Positions 1-9,591 of a stretch of 64,000 nucleotides of DNA are shown piece after piece (within the stretch, counting starts at the first letter, position 1; every line of letters starts with the position of its first letter). The notes below the pieces were generated by a model. That model was given only the letters and a program-made list of their open reading frames with translations, was not told the DNA's origin and searched no databases. The DNA comes from a bacterium. GTDB taxonomy: Bacteria > Electryoneota > Electryoneia > Electryoneales > Electryoneaceae. Made by a program: the position numbers and the translations under genes. The stretch lies in NCBI GenBank assembly GCA_963675295.2, contig CAXXKJ010000001.1, forward strand, positions 32,043 to 96,042, written 5' to 3'.

Positions 1-301
1 TCCGGTATACGAAGAAGAACTGAAGGTCGTCCAGCTCATTGCCCTGGCCCTGAAGCGCTTCCCACTGCGCCCGGACTTCGTCAAAATTCGGAGCTTCCCA
101 TTCCGCGCGTTCGATATCGCTTTCCGGCCAGTCAACCAGATCCTGCCAGCTGGTCGCGCCAAGCACATTCGGTGAATTCCAGTTCAACTCGACATGCCCA
201 TCGCCATCATGAGTGGAGGACAATCCAGTCGGAGGGTTCAATTGGGCACTTGCCACGCCCGCTGTCAATACCACACAAAGAAGCAGTGCAACAGTCTTCA
301 T
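1..301 (-). CDS. secreted protein, N-terminal part only (rest lies beyond the window edge)
   Basis: The minus strand is open from ATG 301..299 to position 1, with GGAG a few nt upstream. The N-terminus MKTVALLLCVVLTAGVASAQ is a classic signal peptide. It is absent from the ORF track because it has no stop in the window. Confidence 0.7.
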   Translation of the reverse strand, partial: MKTVALLLCVVLTAGVASAQLNPPTGLSSTHDGDGHVELNWNSPNVLGATSWQDLVDWPESDIERAEWEAPNFDEVRAQWEALQGQGNELDDLQFFFVYR

Positions 302-683
302 CAGAGTCTCCTCGTCAAGATGGGAGGGTAAGCGACGTGAATCAGGAGACATTCCATGCTCCCGATGTGTCTAACGCTCGGAATCTACAGGCTGATTTTA
401 CGTGAGGGAAGGAGCGCCTCACATTTTATCGGATTCACGGGGAGACATTCGCCGTCGGCAGTAATTCAGCGGTCAACAGGCTTCGCGGCGGCTGCATCCG
501 GAACGGAGAGCCTTGGGATGCGCAGCCCCGTACCTGCGCCAGCAACCGCCAACGTTTGTTCAATCTCCAGTCTCCGTCAATAGTTCACAAAATCGCGAAA
601 CGTCTAGGCATTCAGAATCCTGAGCCCTACTTTGCCTGAACGCTGGCTATCAAACCGTGCATCACGCACGGAGGGGGGAGATC

Positions 684-2102
684 ATGAATACGCGCCGGCC
701 ACTCCTGTTTACCCTTGCCTTCCTGTTGACTGTCCCGGCCCTCGCAATTGACTGGTTGTATACAACTGTCGCGGAAGAGGTCGTTTATCTCAATCGCATT
801 GCTCCAGTTGATATTGACGCAGACGGCGATGACGATCTGGTCACATTCAGCCAGATGGGCTTCTGCTGGTGGGAACGTGACGGCCTGGGATACACAATGG
901 CCCTGATTGATTCGGCGACCGGTGATGCCAACGATATGAAAGTTGCCGATATCGATGGAGACGGTGACATCGACCTGCTCACTGCCGACGAAGACATCGA
1001 ATCCATACTCTGCTGGGACTACGACAACGGGTCGTGGAACCAGACCGTGATCGTTGATGACTTTCTCAACGTGCAGAATCTTGCTCCAGCCGATCTCGAC
1101 AACGATGGCGACATGGACATAATCGCATCGTCCGATCCGGAAGATATCATCAAGCTGTTCGAACAGGACGGTGGACAGTGGCATGAATACACCGTTACCG
1201 ACACGATTGCTTCCCCACGAGGTTTGCACGCCTGCGATATGAACCAGGACGGCCTGCTCGACGTAGTCTGCCTCACAGCGCATTCGTTGATCTGGTACGA
1301 ACAAACTACCCTTGACCAGTGGACCCAACACACCATACGCGAGAGTTTCGTCTTCGGCCAGGCGTTTCAGGTCGGCGATCTGGACAATGACGGTGACCTG
1401 GACATTCTTGCCGCAGCCGATGGCGGCCTGCGTGAGGTCACCGTTTTCTACCAGATGGATGAGGGCTGGCGCGAGCTGGTCATCACACACTATTTCGAAC
1501 CACGCGGGCTCAGCCTTGGGGACATCGATCTCGACGGCGATCTGGACTTCGTGCTGACGGCGGGATACGGCGAATCCGCACTGTACTGGTTCGAAAATAC
1601 CGGCGCGCAATGGGTACAAACCTACGTGGAAAGCGGATTCAGCAACCAGAAAGTCGCCTACATCACCCAGTACAACTATGATGGTTACCCGGACATTGTC
1701 CTTGCGCAAGGCGGGCTGGGAGGTCGATTCGGTTGGTTTGAACAGCAGGATCCACCCTACATGCCAGACGTTGAGATCCATCTCACACGGAACGGTCAGC
1801 CATTTATCCCAGCCTCCGGTGGGATGGTTACGTTCGACGCCACCTTCGACAACCATCTCGCAAACGCGGTGTCCGGACAGGCGTGGCTGATGGCAACGCT
1901 TCCCAACGGCAATAACATCGGACCGCTGGTGATGCGCACGATCACCGCCCAGTCAGGCGTCACAACGTATCCCGGATTGACACAGTTTGTCCCCGGGTAC
2001 GCGCCGTTCGGTGTCTATATGTTCCATGGATTGATCGGTGTATACAGCCAGTCCATCGTGATCGATACTGACTACTTCACGATCCTGAAAGAATCCAACT
2101 AA
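684..2102 (+). CDS. FG-GAP/VCBS-repeat secreted protein with the family pre-CTD module but no T9SS sorting domain
   Basis: ORF 657..2102; ATG 684 is preferred because GGAGGGGGGAG lies just upstream. Signal peptide MNTRRPLLFTLAFLLTVPALA. Repeated Ca-binding FG-GAP motifs (DIDADGDDD, DIDGDGDIDLL, DLDNDGDMDII, DLDNDGDLDIL, DIDLDGDLDFV). The last ~105 aa align by eye with the module shared by the downstream genes. The protein ends without the AYPNPFNPSTTL sorting domain. Confidence 0.8.
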   Translation: MNTRRPLLFTLAFLLTVPALAIDWLYTTVAEEVVYLNRIAPVDIDADGDDDLVTFSQMGFCWWERDGLGYTMALIDSATGDANDMKVADIDGDGDIDLLTADEDIESILCWDYDNGSWNQTVIVDDFLNVQNLAPADLDNDGDMDIIASSDPEDIIKLFEQDGGQWHEYTVTDTIASPRGLHACDMNQDGLLDVVCLTAHSLIWYEQTTLDQWTQHTIRESFVFGQAFQVGDLDNDGDLDILAAADGGLREVTVFYQMDEGWRELVITHYFEPRGLSLGDIDLDGDLDFVLTAGYGESALYWFENTGAQWVQTYVESGFSNQKVAYITQYNYDGYPDIVLAQGGLGGRFGWFEQQDPPYMPDVEIHLTRNGQPFIPASGGMVTFDATFDNHLANAVSGQAWLMATLPNGNNIGPLVMRTITAQSGVTTYPGLTQFVPGYAPFGVYMFHGLIGVYSQSIVIDTDYFTILKESN

Positions 2103-2142
2103 GGATCCACAGGCTTGTTGGAATAGCATGCGTCATGTACTT

Positions 2143-2164
2143 CAGCCGCGGTTGTCCGCGGCTG
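2143..2164 (+). terminator. terminator-like hairpin
   Basis: CAGCCGCGG-ttgt-CCGCGGCTG, a 9-bp perfect stem 41 nt after the stop at 2102. It is followed by an A-run rather than a T-run. Confidence 0.45.
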
Positions 2165-2386
2165 AAAAATTAGTCGCTGGGCCGGATTGGCGTCGATCCC
2201 GGCTTGCTCCCATATTCTCCCGAGATTTTCGGAAAACGGCCCGTGGAGGATTGAACTTCCGAAACGATCATGGTACGTTATTGACCGCTTCCGACCCCAG
2301 ATTCTGCTACCTGTACTGCTCGAGTCAAGGTTCGCAGTCCACTCCGTCGTTGGAAGGTACATGCATTCACAAACCAGGGTGGTACC

Positions 2387-3634
2387 GTGAAACGTCAGGC
2401 AATGACACTCCAGTACTCCGCGCCCGCGTTTTTCGCTGTCGCGTTGTTCTCTCTGTTGTTCCTCTTTGCGCCGCAGGCAATCCAGGCGCAACAGCCCGAC
2501 TCGGTCTGGGTACGCTACTACGGTGAAGTTGGTAAAAGCTATTCCCGTGATATCGAAGTCGTAACCGACGGCTTTGTCGTCGTCGGAACGAAATCGCTGA
2601 TGGAAGACAACCTGCCGTACCCGCAGGTCTGGCTGCTCAAATTCAATTTTGATGGTGAAGTCCTTTGGACCCGCGAGTATGGCGATGATCACGCGCAAAA
2701 GGGCTATGCCGTCGCGCCGACCTCGGATGGTGGATTCATTCTCTGTGGATCGTACTGGACCAACGGTATTCCTGATGCCTATGTCATCAAGGTTGGTGCC
2801 AGGGGCCACCTTGAGTGGGAACGGGTGTACCCGACGGAAGATGACACCTTCGCCCGCGACATTAAGCAAACCCCGGACGGCGGCTACGTGGTGACCGGCG
2901 CGACACAGCGCCACGCGATCCAGAACCGGTTGCAGATTGACGCCTACATCATGAAGCTCGATGCCGACGGCAACCAGGAATGGGCGCGTTCCTACGGTGG
3001 CGGCTGGGAAAACGACGAAACGTGGAGCATTATCGTCGAGGATGACGGCTATGCCATCGCGGGACGCACCTGGTCCGGCGGCGCCCAGATGCGTGATGCC
3101 TTGATCGCCAAGATCGACCTGGATGGAAATCCGGTATGGTGGGATATTTACGGCGGTGAATACAAGGACCACATTTACGAATTCCAGCGTATCCCCGACG
3201 GGTCCGGCTATATCTGTGCAGGGAAAACCGAATCGTTCAACCACGGCTTCGACGAACACGGTGACATCTGGATCCTGCGTTACGACCCGAACGGCAACTT
3301 CATGTGGCGATCGGTGATCGGCCACCAGCCGACCGAATTCGGCCGCAGTGTCGACATTCTGCCGAACGGCGATTTCATCGTCACCGGCATGACCGTCACC
3401 AACCAGAACCAGAACCAGATCTTTGTCGGCCGGGCGGATAGCGAGGACGGTGACTGGCAATGGTTTTACGACTTCGGCGGGGTGGGGATGGATGATGCGT
3501 GGAGCGTTCGTGCGATTCCCGGTGGTGACTGGGTGGTCGCCGGCAACACGCAGTCGATGGGTCCGGCGGAACAGAGCATCGTCGTGTTCCGCATGACCGA
3601 AGTGCCTGTCGGTGATCCGGTTTTCGCCCGCTAA
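2387..3634 (+). CDS. secreted beta-propeller-like repeat protein (paralog family, no module, no CTD)
   Basis: GTG start at 2387 (an alternative ATG is at 2402). Hydrophobic signal peptide ending AIQAQ. The recurrent ~50-aa unit contains W...YG and ends in [ST]xDGG[FY][IV]xxG, which resembles SBBP/PQQ-like propeller blades. By eye about half the residues match the next gene. Confidence 0.8.
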   Translation: MKRQAMTLQYSAPAFFAVALFSLLFLFAPQAIQAQQPDSVWVRYYGEVGKSYSRDIEVVTDGFVVVGTKSLMEDNLPYPQVWLLKFNFDGEVLWTREYGDDHAQKGYAVAPTSDGGFILCGSYWTNGIPDAYVIKVGARGHLEWERVYPTEDDTFARDIKQTPDGGYVVTGATQRHAIQNRLQIDAYIMKLDADGNQEWARSYGGGWENDETWSIIVEDDGYAIAGRTWSGGAQMRDALIAKIDLDGNPVWWDIYGGEYKDHIYEFQRIPDGSGYICAGKTESFNHGFDEHGDIWILRYDPNGNFMWRSVIGHQPTEFGRSVDILPNGDFIVTGMTVTNQNQNQIFVGRADSEDGDWQWFYDFGGVGMDDAWSVRAIPGGDWVVAGNTQSMGPAEQSIVVFRMTEVPVGDPVFAR

Positions 3635-3655
3635 CAGCTAGACAGTTGACACTCA

Positions 3656-3697
3656 GGGGGAAGGAGGACGAAAGTCAGCCCTCCCCCTTTTCTGTTT
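3656..3697 (+). terminator. rho-independent terminator
   Basis: The GGGGGAAGG...CCCTCCCCC stem is followed by TTTTCTGTTT, 22 nt after the stop. Confidence 0.6.
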
Positions 3698-3764
3698 CAC
3701 GGCGTACCTTGGCAACTGCAAGTTTGCACCAACTGCCCTGACCATCAATCAGCTGGGACTTCCC

Positions 3765-5126
3765 GTGTCTGCATCACGTCTTCCGTTTACCGCATCACGT
3801 TTGCCACTCCGCTGGGTGCTGACGCTCGCCCTGCTCGGCCTGATTCTGCTCCCGTTCGCGGACGCATCCGCAGTGGAGGCGGACTCCGTCTGGGTCCGCT
3901 ATTACGGCGAAGTCGGCAACAGCATCGCGTTCGATATCGAAATCGTGGACGACGGTATCGTCGTCTCCGGCACCAAGTCGATGATCGAAGGTTATCCGCC
4001 GCTGCCCGCCCTGTGGTTTATGAAGTTCGATTTCAACGGGAACATCCTCTGGCAGCGGGAGTTCGGCGACAATACGGTCGAGAAGGGCTACGGCTTCGCC
4101 AAAACTCCGGACGGCGGCTTCATTGTCAGCGGCACCGACTGGGGCCATGGCCGATCCTCGGTGTACCTGGTCAAAACGGATAACGAGGGCAATCCGGAAT
4201 GGGAACGGCTGTACGCGTCCGAGGTATCGTCCATCGCCCGCGACGTGGAAGTCACCGCGGATGGCGGCTTCGTCATCACCGGCTGGTTTGAGTATAACGA
4301 CAGCACCGGTCAAATCCCGGTTGAAAGCATCTTCGTGATGAAGACCGACTCGCTCGGACACCTTCAGTGGCGGCAGGAATACGGTACCACCTACGCGCGC
4401 GACGAAGCGTGGAGCATTGACGTGCTGGACGACGGCTACGTCTTCGCCGGACGCACCTGGTCCACCGGCGCGGGCATGCGCGACGCGCTGATCGCGAAGA
4501 TCGATCTCGAGGGCAACCTGCTGTGGTATTCCACGCACGGCGGCATCTACAAGGACCACATCTACGAATTCCAGACACTGCCGGATGGCACCGGCTTCAT
4601 CTGTACCGGAAAGACCGAATCGTTCGGACTCGGCCAGCTGACCATCGGCGATATCTGGGTGCTGCGCTTTGACGAGAACGGCGAGTTCATGTGGCGCTCG
4701 GTGATCGGCACTCCGCCCACCGAGTTCGGCCGCAGCATCGACATCCTCGCAAACGGCGATTACATCGTCACCGGCCTTACCGGTACCCAATACCTGAACA
4801 ATCAGGTGTTCCTCGGACGGTCCGATCCGGACGGAAATTTTATCTGGACGTGGCACTTCGGCGAGCCGGGCATGGATGACGCGTGGTGCGTACGCGCACT
4901 TCCCGGCGGCGACTTCATCGTCGGTGGCCTTACCGAATCCATGGGCCCCGCGCCGCGCAGCCTGCTGTTGCTGCGAGTCACCGAAGTGGGCGGCATGCCG
5001 CTGACACCGCCATTCGTCGACAGCACCGCACCGGCATTTCCGCCGTTGCAGGGCATCGTCGCTGACCGTGTCACTGCCGCAGAGGCGATGGCAAGCGAGA
5101 CCAAACGCATCACCATTACCCGCTGA
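3765..5126 (+). CDS. secreted beta-propeller-like repeat protein, tandem paralog of 2387..3634
   Basis: GTG start with a signal peptide ending ADASAVEA. The N-terminus DSVWVRYYGEVGNS... is collinear with DSVWVRYYGEVGKS... of the previous gene. It has the same DGG[FY] blade motif and no CTD. Confidence 0.8.
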   Translation: MSASRLPFTASRLPLRWVLTLALLGLILLPFADASAVEADSVWVRYYGEVGNSIAFDIEIVDDGIVVSGTKSMIEGYPPLPALWFMKFDFNGNILWQREFGDNTVEKGYGFAKTPDGGFIVSGTDWGHGRSSVYLVKTDNEGNPEWERLYASEVSSIARDVEVTADGGFVITGWFEYNDSTGQIPVESIFVMKTDSLGHLQWRQEYGTTYARDEAWSIDVLDDGYVFAGRTWSTGAGMRDALIAKIDLEGNLLWYSTHGGIYKDHIYEFQTLPDGTGFICTGKTESFGLGQLTIGDIWVLRFDENGEFMWRSVIGTPPTEFGRSIDILANGDYIVTGLTGTQYLNNQVFLGRSDPDGNFIWTWHFGEPGMDDAWCVRALPGGDFIVGGLTESMGPAPRSLLLLRVTEVGGMPLTPPFVDSTAPAFPPLQGIVADRVTAAEAMASETKRITITR

Positions 5127-5155
5127 CGAGCGGGTCTTCAGCTGTACACGAAACA

Positions 5156-5185
5156 CATGCGGCGTCCTGCACGGGGCGCCGCATG
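5156..5185 (+). terminator. terminator-like hairpin
   Basis: CATGCGGCG-12 nt-CGCCGCATG, a 9-bp stem 30 nt after the stop. The T-tract is weak. Confidence 0.45.
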
Positions 5186-5432
5186 TCTGCTTCACGGCCC
5201 GCCACCAGATCCCCGTCCCGCCTGACATCTGCCAGTGACTTTTCGAGAAACCCAACACCCTAAGTTTCAGCTTCCTGTATTTCAAGCGGTTACCCCGGTT
5301 CAGAGGCAGTTTTCCTCTCGCGACCCACGCCGATTCTGCTTGAAAGACGTGTTAAGGACCCCTAACATTTTGCCTACAGGTTGGGGGACCGGAAGCACCG
5401 GAAACAAATCAAGGGCAGGAGCGGAGGTTGGG

Positions 5433-7289
5433 ATGAAGAGGGTATTCATGGTTGCGATCGCGTTGATGCTGACGATCGGGGTCGCATCGGCGCAGTTTGT
5501 GCAGGATTGGCAGACGCTATCCGGTACGAGTTCCAATTCGGAAGCATTTAACGGTGTCTGTGCGGCGTACGGTGGGGGTGTGATCGCTGTCGGCAAGCAG
5601 TACAACACCAGCTCAGGTCTGTTTGAAGCGGTCTACGCGTACATCAATCCAGATGGCACGGTTGCCTGGCGCAATGTTTTCGGCACCGGCACCGGTACGG
5701 ACTTCTGGCTTGATGACGTTTGTCAGGTTCCGGGTGACGTAACCCGTTACGTCGCGGTTGGCTGGGCGCAAAGCGGCAGTACACGATTACCCCTGGCGAT
5801 GGATTTCTACAGCAACGGTACCCTCCATTGGCAGCTGGACTACTTCGGCACGGCCGGCGGTGGCGAACTGCACCATGTTGAACCGGATGGGGATGGATTC
5901 ATTGCCAGCGGTGTCACCGATGGATCAACGTACGCCGATGGCCTCGTTATCCGGATGGGAAATGACATCCTTTACGATTGGCATACGACGCATGGCACGT
6001 ATGACTTCAACCGCCTGTATCACATCTCACCAACGTCTGACGGTGGCTACATCGCAACCGGCTTCGGCTACTCGCAGGCCTCCGGCCGCTACCCATGGAC
6101 ACTGAAGCTCAACTCGAGTGGCGGTCAGCAGTGGAGCTCCTACCGTACCGGCTACTGGTTCGGTGTCGGCCGCTCTGTACTCGAAGCGGACAACGGTGAC
6201 TTCCTCTTCTGCGGCTACTACGATAACGGCCCCGGCGATCAGTTCATGGTCCTGCGCACGAACAGCAGCGGTACCCTTCTGTGGGATGCGGATTTCGGCG
6301 CGGATAACGGTGACGAATACGCCGACTGGATCGCCGAAGCGCCGGGTGGCGGCTACTACCTCACCGGTGACGGCGACAGCAACTTCACCAACGACACCGA
6401 TCTGTGGGTGGTTCACATCGACGAAAACGGGTCGATGATCGACAACCAGATTTTCTCCAGTCCGCGCTACCAGTGGGCGAACGCCGCATGCTTCCTCAAC
6501 TCGTCCGATATTGTCGTCGTGGGCGAGGACAACATCTACTGGAACAACAGCGCCGCGCCGTGGGCGACACGGCTCAGCTACCAGCAGGACTTCGTCGCCA
6601 CTATCGAACCGGCCGCCCCGCCAGTGGTGATCCCGTCCAACGGCGGCTCATTCAACTACATCGTCGGTGCGATTAACAACACCACCAACGCGATTCAGGC
6701 GGATGCGTGGGTGCAGATCCATCACGTTCCGTCCGACATGAGTGTCGAGGTGCGCCTGTTCGAGAACGTTGGCTTCCCAGCGAACAACACCGTCTCCGCG
6801 AACCTGAACCAGTACATCCCGGCGAACGCTCCGGGTGGCGACTACCGCATCAGCCTGTACATCGGTGACCACCCGTGGAGCTACGACACCTTCGCCTCGT
6901 TCGATTTCAGCAAATCGGGCGCGAGCGTGGATGATTTCACCGTCTTCGAGCAGCCGGAACTGTGGACCAGCGGTGGATCGTTCGCGGGCGCGGAGCAGAC
7001 CGTTGCCACGGATGAGACCCTGCCGTCCGAATTCGGCCTCAGCGCGGCGTATCCGAATCCGTTCAACCCGAGCACCACGTTGAACGTGACCATGCCGGAA
7101 GCTGCGACTCTGACAGTTGCCGTCTACAACGTGACCGGGCAGCAGGTCGCCGAACTGGCGCACGGATCATACACCGCCGGGTCGCACACGCTTACCTTTG
7201 ATGCCTCCGGCCTCACCTCCGGCGTCTACTTCGTGCACGCCTCTGCCAACGGCTGGTCGGCGATGCAAAAGGTGATGCTCATCCGTTAA
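5433..7289 (+). CDS. T9SS cargo: beta-propeller-like head + pre-CTD module + type-A sorting domain
   Basis: ORF 5235..7289; ATG 5433 is preferred (GGAGG 6 nt upstream, signal peptide MKRVFMVAIALMLTIGVASAQ). Blades carry the motifs SDGGYIATG, DNGDFLFCG and APGGGYYLTG. The module runs from about 6598 to 6920 (PPVVIPSNGGSF...IPANAPGGDY...GDHPW). The CTD is at 7047..7286 (AYPNPFNPSTTL...GVYFVHA...QKVMLIR). Confidence 0.88.
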   Translation: MKRVFMVAIALMLTIGVASAQFVQDWQTLSGTSSNSEAFNGVCAAYGGGVIAVGKQYNTSSGLFEAVYAYINPDGTVAWRNVFGTGTGTDFWLDDVCQVPGDVTRYVAVGWAQSGSTRLPLAMDFYSNGTLHWQLDYFGTAGGGELHHVEPDGDGFIASGVTDGSTYADGLVIRMGNDILYDWHTTHGTYDFNRLYHISPTSDGGYIATGFGYSQASGRYPWTLKLNSSGGQQWSSYRTGYWFGVGRSVLEADNGDFLFCGYYDNGPGDQFMVLRTNSSGTLLWDADFGADNGDEYADWIAEAPGGGYYLTGDGDSNFTNDTDLWVVHIDENGSMIDNQIFSSPRYQWANAACFLNSSDIVVVGEDNIYWNNSAAPWATRLSYQQDFVATIEPAAPPVVIPSNGGSFNYIVGAINNTTNAIQADAWVQIHHVPSDMSVEVRLFENVGFPANNTVSANLNQYIPANAPGGDYRISLYIGDHPWSYDTFASFDFSKSGASVDDFTVFEQPELWTSGGSFAGAEQTVATDETLPSEFGLSAAYPNPFNPSTTLNVTMPEAATLTVAVYNVTGQQVAELAHGSYTAGSHTLTFDASGLTSGVYFVHASANGWSAMQKVMLIR

Positions 7290-7314
7290 TCCGGACGCAA
7301 AGGACTCCATTTCA

Positions 7315-7345
7315 ACAGCCGGATCTGCTCGATCCGGCTGTTTTC
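7315..7345 (+). terminator. rho-independent terminator
   Basis: ACAGCCGGATC-tgctc-GATCCGGCTGT, an 11-bp stem followed by TTTTCC. Confidence 0.75.
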
Positions 7346-7384
7346 CTTACATCCGAGCTCCCGGCTCAGCGCTCTTGGAAAATT

Positions 7385-7399
7385 CACAAACGTTTCGTG
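7385..7399. promoter_or_regulatory. LacI/GalR-type operator-like near-palindrome
   Basis: CACAAACGTTTCGTG has the core AAACGTTT with a central CG and lies ~120 nt upstream of the esterase ATG. It shares CAAACGTTT with the perfect palindromes at 52991 and 53508. Confidence 0.3.
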
Positions 7400-7519
7400 T
7401 TTTTCACTATTCGAAGATTCGTTTGTGTATCTTGTCAGGCAACGGGGCAGGGCACGGTTGACATGGAGTGATAGGAACACCACACTTTACCGTTGGCGCG
7501 GAACTCAGGAGTATACCCC

Positions 7520-9256
7520 ATGAAAACCTTGTTTACGATTCTTATCGCCAGTCTCGTCCTGTGCGGGACAGCGCTTGGCGGCTTCCAGACTGTCACCTTC
7601 ACCAGCGATCAGTTAGGCGAAAATCGCGAAGTCCTGCTCTACACCCCGCCGGGCTACAATCCGAACCTCGAGGGTGGTTATCCTTGCGTGATCATGCTGC
7701 ATGGTCTCGGAATGACACCGTCCGATTTTGACGATCCCCAGTTCGAACTCGCGCTCAATTTCGCGATGCAGACTGGCGATCTGCAGAAGATGATCCTCGC
7801 GTTCCCCGACGGCAGCACCCCGGCCTATTGGGGCGGTTCGTTTTACGTCGATTCCGAGCTGTACGGACGCTTCGAGAAATACATCATCCACGACGTCATC
7901 AACTACCTCGACGGTGAGTACAACACCACCGCGCAGCCGTACGCGCGTGCTATCGCCGGGTATTCGATGGGCGGCTTCGGCGCGGCGCACATCGCGATGA
8001 AATATCCGCAACTGTTCAACACCGCCACCTTCCTCAGCGGACTGCTGTCCGTCTCGAACCAGGAATTCATGATCGCGGATATCATCACGGAAAACGATCC
8101 GAACGGCAACGGCGCACCCTACACCTTCGACCCGAACGCTGGCCTGTTCAGCTATATGGCGTTCTCGATGGCCGGTGCGCTTTCGCCGAATCTGGACAAC
8201 ACACCGCCGGTAGATTTTCCGATCGACGAGAACGGCGACATGGTGCAATGGGTCTGGGATCAGTGGCTGACCTATTCGCCAGATGAACGCGCCGCGACCG
8301 TCCGGGACGAGTTCGACGATCTCGACATCTACTTCAACGTCGGCACGGCGGATGAGTTCGGCTTCTTCATGGGCAACAACGTCTTCGCCCTCGCGTTGGA
8401 CGACGCTGGCATCGACTACACCTACGAAGAATTCGCCGGTCAGACCCATCTGCTGACCGACGAACGGATGATCGCCGCGATCGACTTCATCGACCAATCA
8501 TTCCTCGCCGCGACACCCGAACCGGCCTACCTGATCGCGCTGCCGGACATGGACATCGTCCCGGACAACGGTGGCGAAGTAACCTTCACCGTCAACCTGA
8601 TCAGCAACCTGCCGCAGGATATGAACGGTCTGTATTTTTGGGCGGAGGTGATCCTGCCGAACGGGTCGACCTATCCGCAACGCCTGCTGAGCACCCAGTT
8701 TAACCTGCCCAGCGGAGCGAACCTGAGCGCGGACCTGAGCGTGACAGTCCCAGCGAACGCCCCCGCCGGGGAGTACACTCTGGTGACCAATGTCGGCGTC
8801 AATCCGAACAACGCCGCAGCGTCCGACTTCTTCCACTGGACCAAGTCCGGCCAGACGCTGAGCGGTGATCTCGCCGGGAGCTGGCCTGCATCCTCGAGCG
8901 GTTTCTTTGCAACGACGACGCATGTCGCTGCCGTCTATGAAGCTGCAACGTCCGTTGCCGCTGGAGCAGCTTCAACGTCCGCCGATTTGCCGTCGACGTT
9001 CAGCCTCAGCCCGGCCTACCCGAATCCATTCAACCCGAGCACCACGCTCAACGTGAACCTGCCCGATGCCGCCGAGCTGACCGTGGCCGTCTACAACGTC
9101 ACCGGCCAGCAAGTTGCGACGCTCGCGCAGGGACAGTTTGACGCCGGGTCGCACACGCTGACGTTCGACGCGTCCGAGCTGTCCGCCGGTGTCTATTTCG
9201 TGCACGCCAACGCCAACACCTGGACTGCGACGCAGAAAGTCGTGCTGGTCAAGTGA
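7520..9256 (+). CDS. T9SS cargo: alpha/beta-hydrolase esterase head (putative esterase / CE1-like) + pre-CTD module + sorting domain
   Basis: ATG 7520 follows AGGAG. Signal peptide MKTLFTILIASLVLCGTALG. GYSMGGFGA matches the GxSxG nucleophile elbow, and VIMLHGLG is also present. The module contains VPANAPAGEY. The CTD is at 9014..9253. Confidence 0.85.
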   Translation: MKTLFTILIASLVLCGTALGGFQTVTFTSDQLGENREVLLYTPPGYNPNLEGGYPCVIMLHGLGMTPSDFDDPQFELALNFAMQTGDLQKMILAFPDGSTPAYWGGSFYVDSELYGRFEKYIIHDVINYLDGEYNTTAQPYARAIAGYSMGGFGAAHIAMKYPQLFNTATFLSGLLSVSNQEFMIADIITENDPNGNGAPYTFDPNAGLFSYMAFSMAGALSPNLDNTPPVDFPIDENGDMVQWVWDQWLTYSPDERAATVRDEFDDLDIYFNVGTADEFGFFMGNNVFALALDDAGIDYTYEEFAGQTHLLTDERMIAAIDFIDQSFLAATPEPAYLIALPDMDIVPDNGGEVTFTVNLISNLPQDMNGLYFWAEVILPNGSTYPQRLLSTQFNLPSGANLSADLSVTVPANAPAGEYTLVTNVGVNPNNAAASDFFHWTKSGQTLSGDLAGSWPASSSGFFATTTHVAAVYEAATSVAAGAASTSADLPSTFSLSPAYPNPFNPSTTLNVNLPDAAELTVAVYNVTGQQVATLAQGQFDAGSHTLTFDASELSAGVYFVHANANTWTATQKVVLVK

Positions 9257-9421
9257 CGCTCGAAAGCTACTGAAGCCAGAGAAGCAACGGATGCAACTGA
9301 CGCAACGGAAGTAATAGACAGGAACAGACAGGAAAAGACGCAACAGATGCAGCTGACGGTACTGGCGTAGCTCGTGTTGCTTCAACCATAGACGGGGATA
9401 CCGGCTTCCAGGTGTCCCCGT
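9257..9421 (+). repeat. post-stop low-complexity tract + degenerate REP-A hairpin
   Basis: The tract starts immediately after the stop. A 21-nt imperfect repeat, CAACGGATGCAACTGACGCAA (9285..9305) and CAACAGATGCAGCTGACGGTA (9341..9361), is offset by 56 nt (8x7). The hairpin ACGGGGATACC-ggcttcca-GGTGTCCCCGT is at 9392..9421. Confidence 0.6.
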
Positions 9422-9591
9422 TGTTCCTCACTGGTACGCCTGAACTGCCCCCGCCAATCTCCGCTCCTGAAATGCCATGTGCGATTCATCACACAAACCA
9501 AGTTCGGAACTCCTAACTTCGTCACGAAAGCGGATTCCGCATCTGGACGTGGAGATCCAAACTCGAGACAAATCAAGGGAGAGGGAGTATC

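Noticed and set aside
627-1856. 409-aa minus-strand ORF (and likewise 2099..3460, 3795..5285, 13433..14680, 9382..10368)
   Set aside because: All are antisense to plus-strand array genes that have signal peptides, repeats and CTDs. They are shadow frames.
5235-5432. Long N-terminal extensions of array genes in the ORF track (also 13304..13405, 17386..17673, 11764..11796, 7493..7519, 657..683)
   Set aside because: In each case an internal ATG preceded by a GGAG-type SD yields a canonical signal peptide. The upstream codons cross terminator hairpins or lack coding character.
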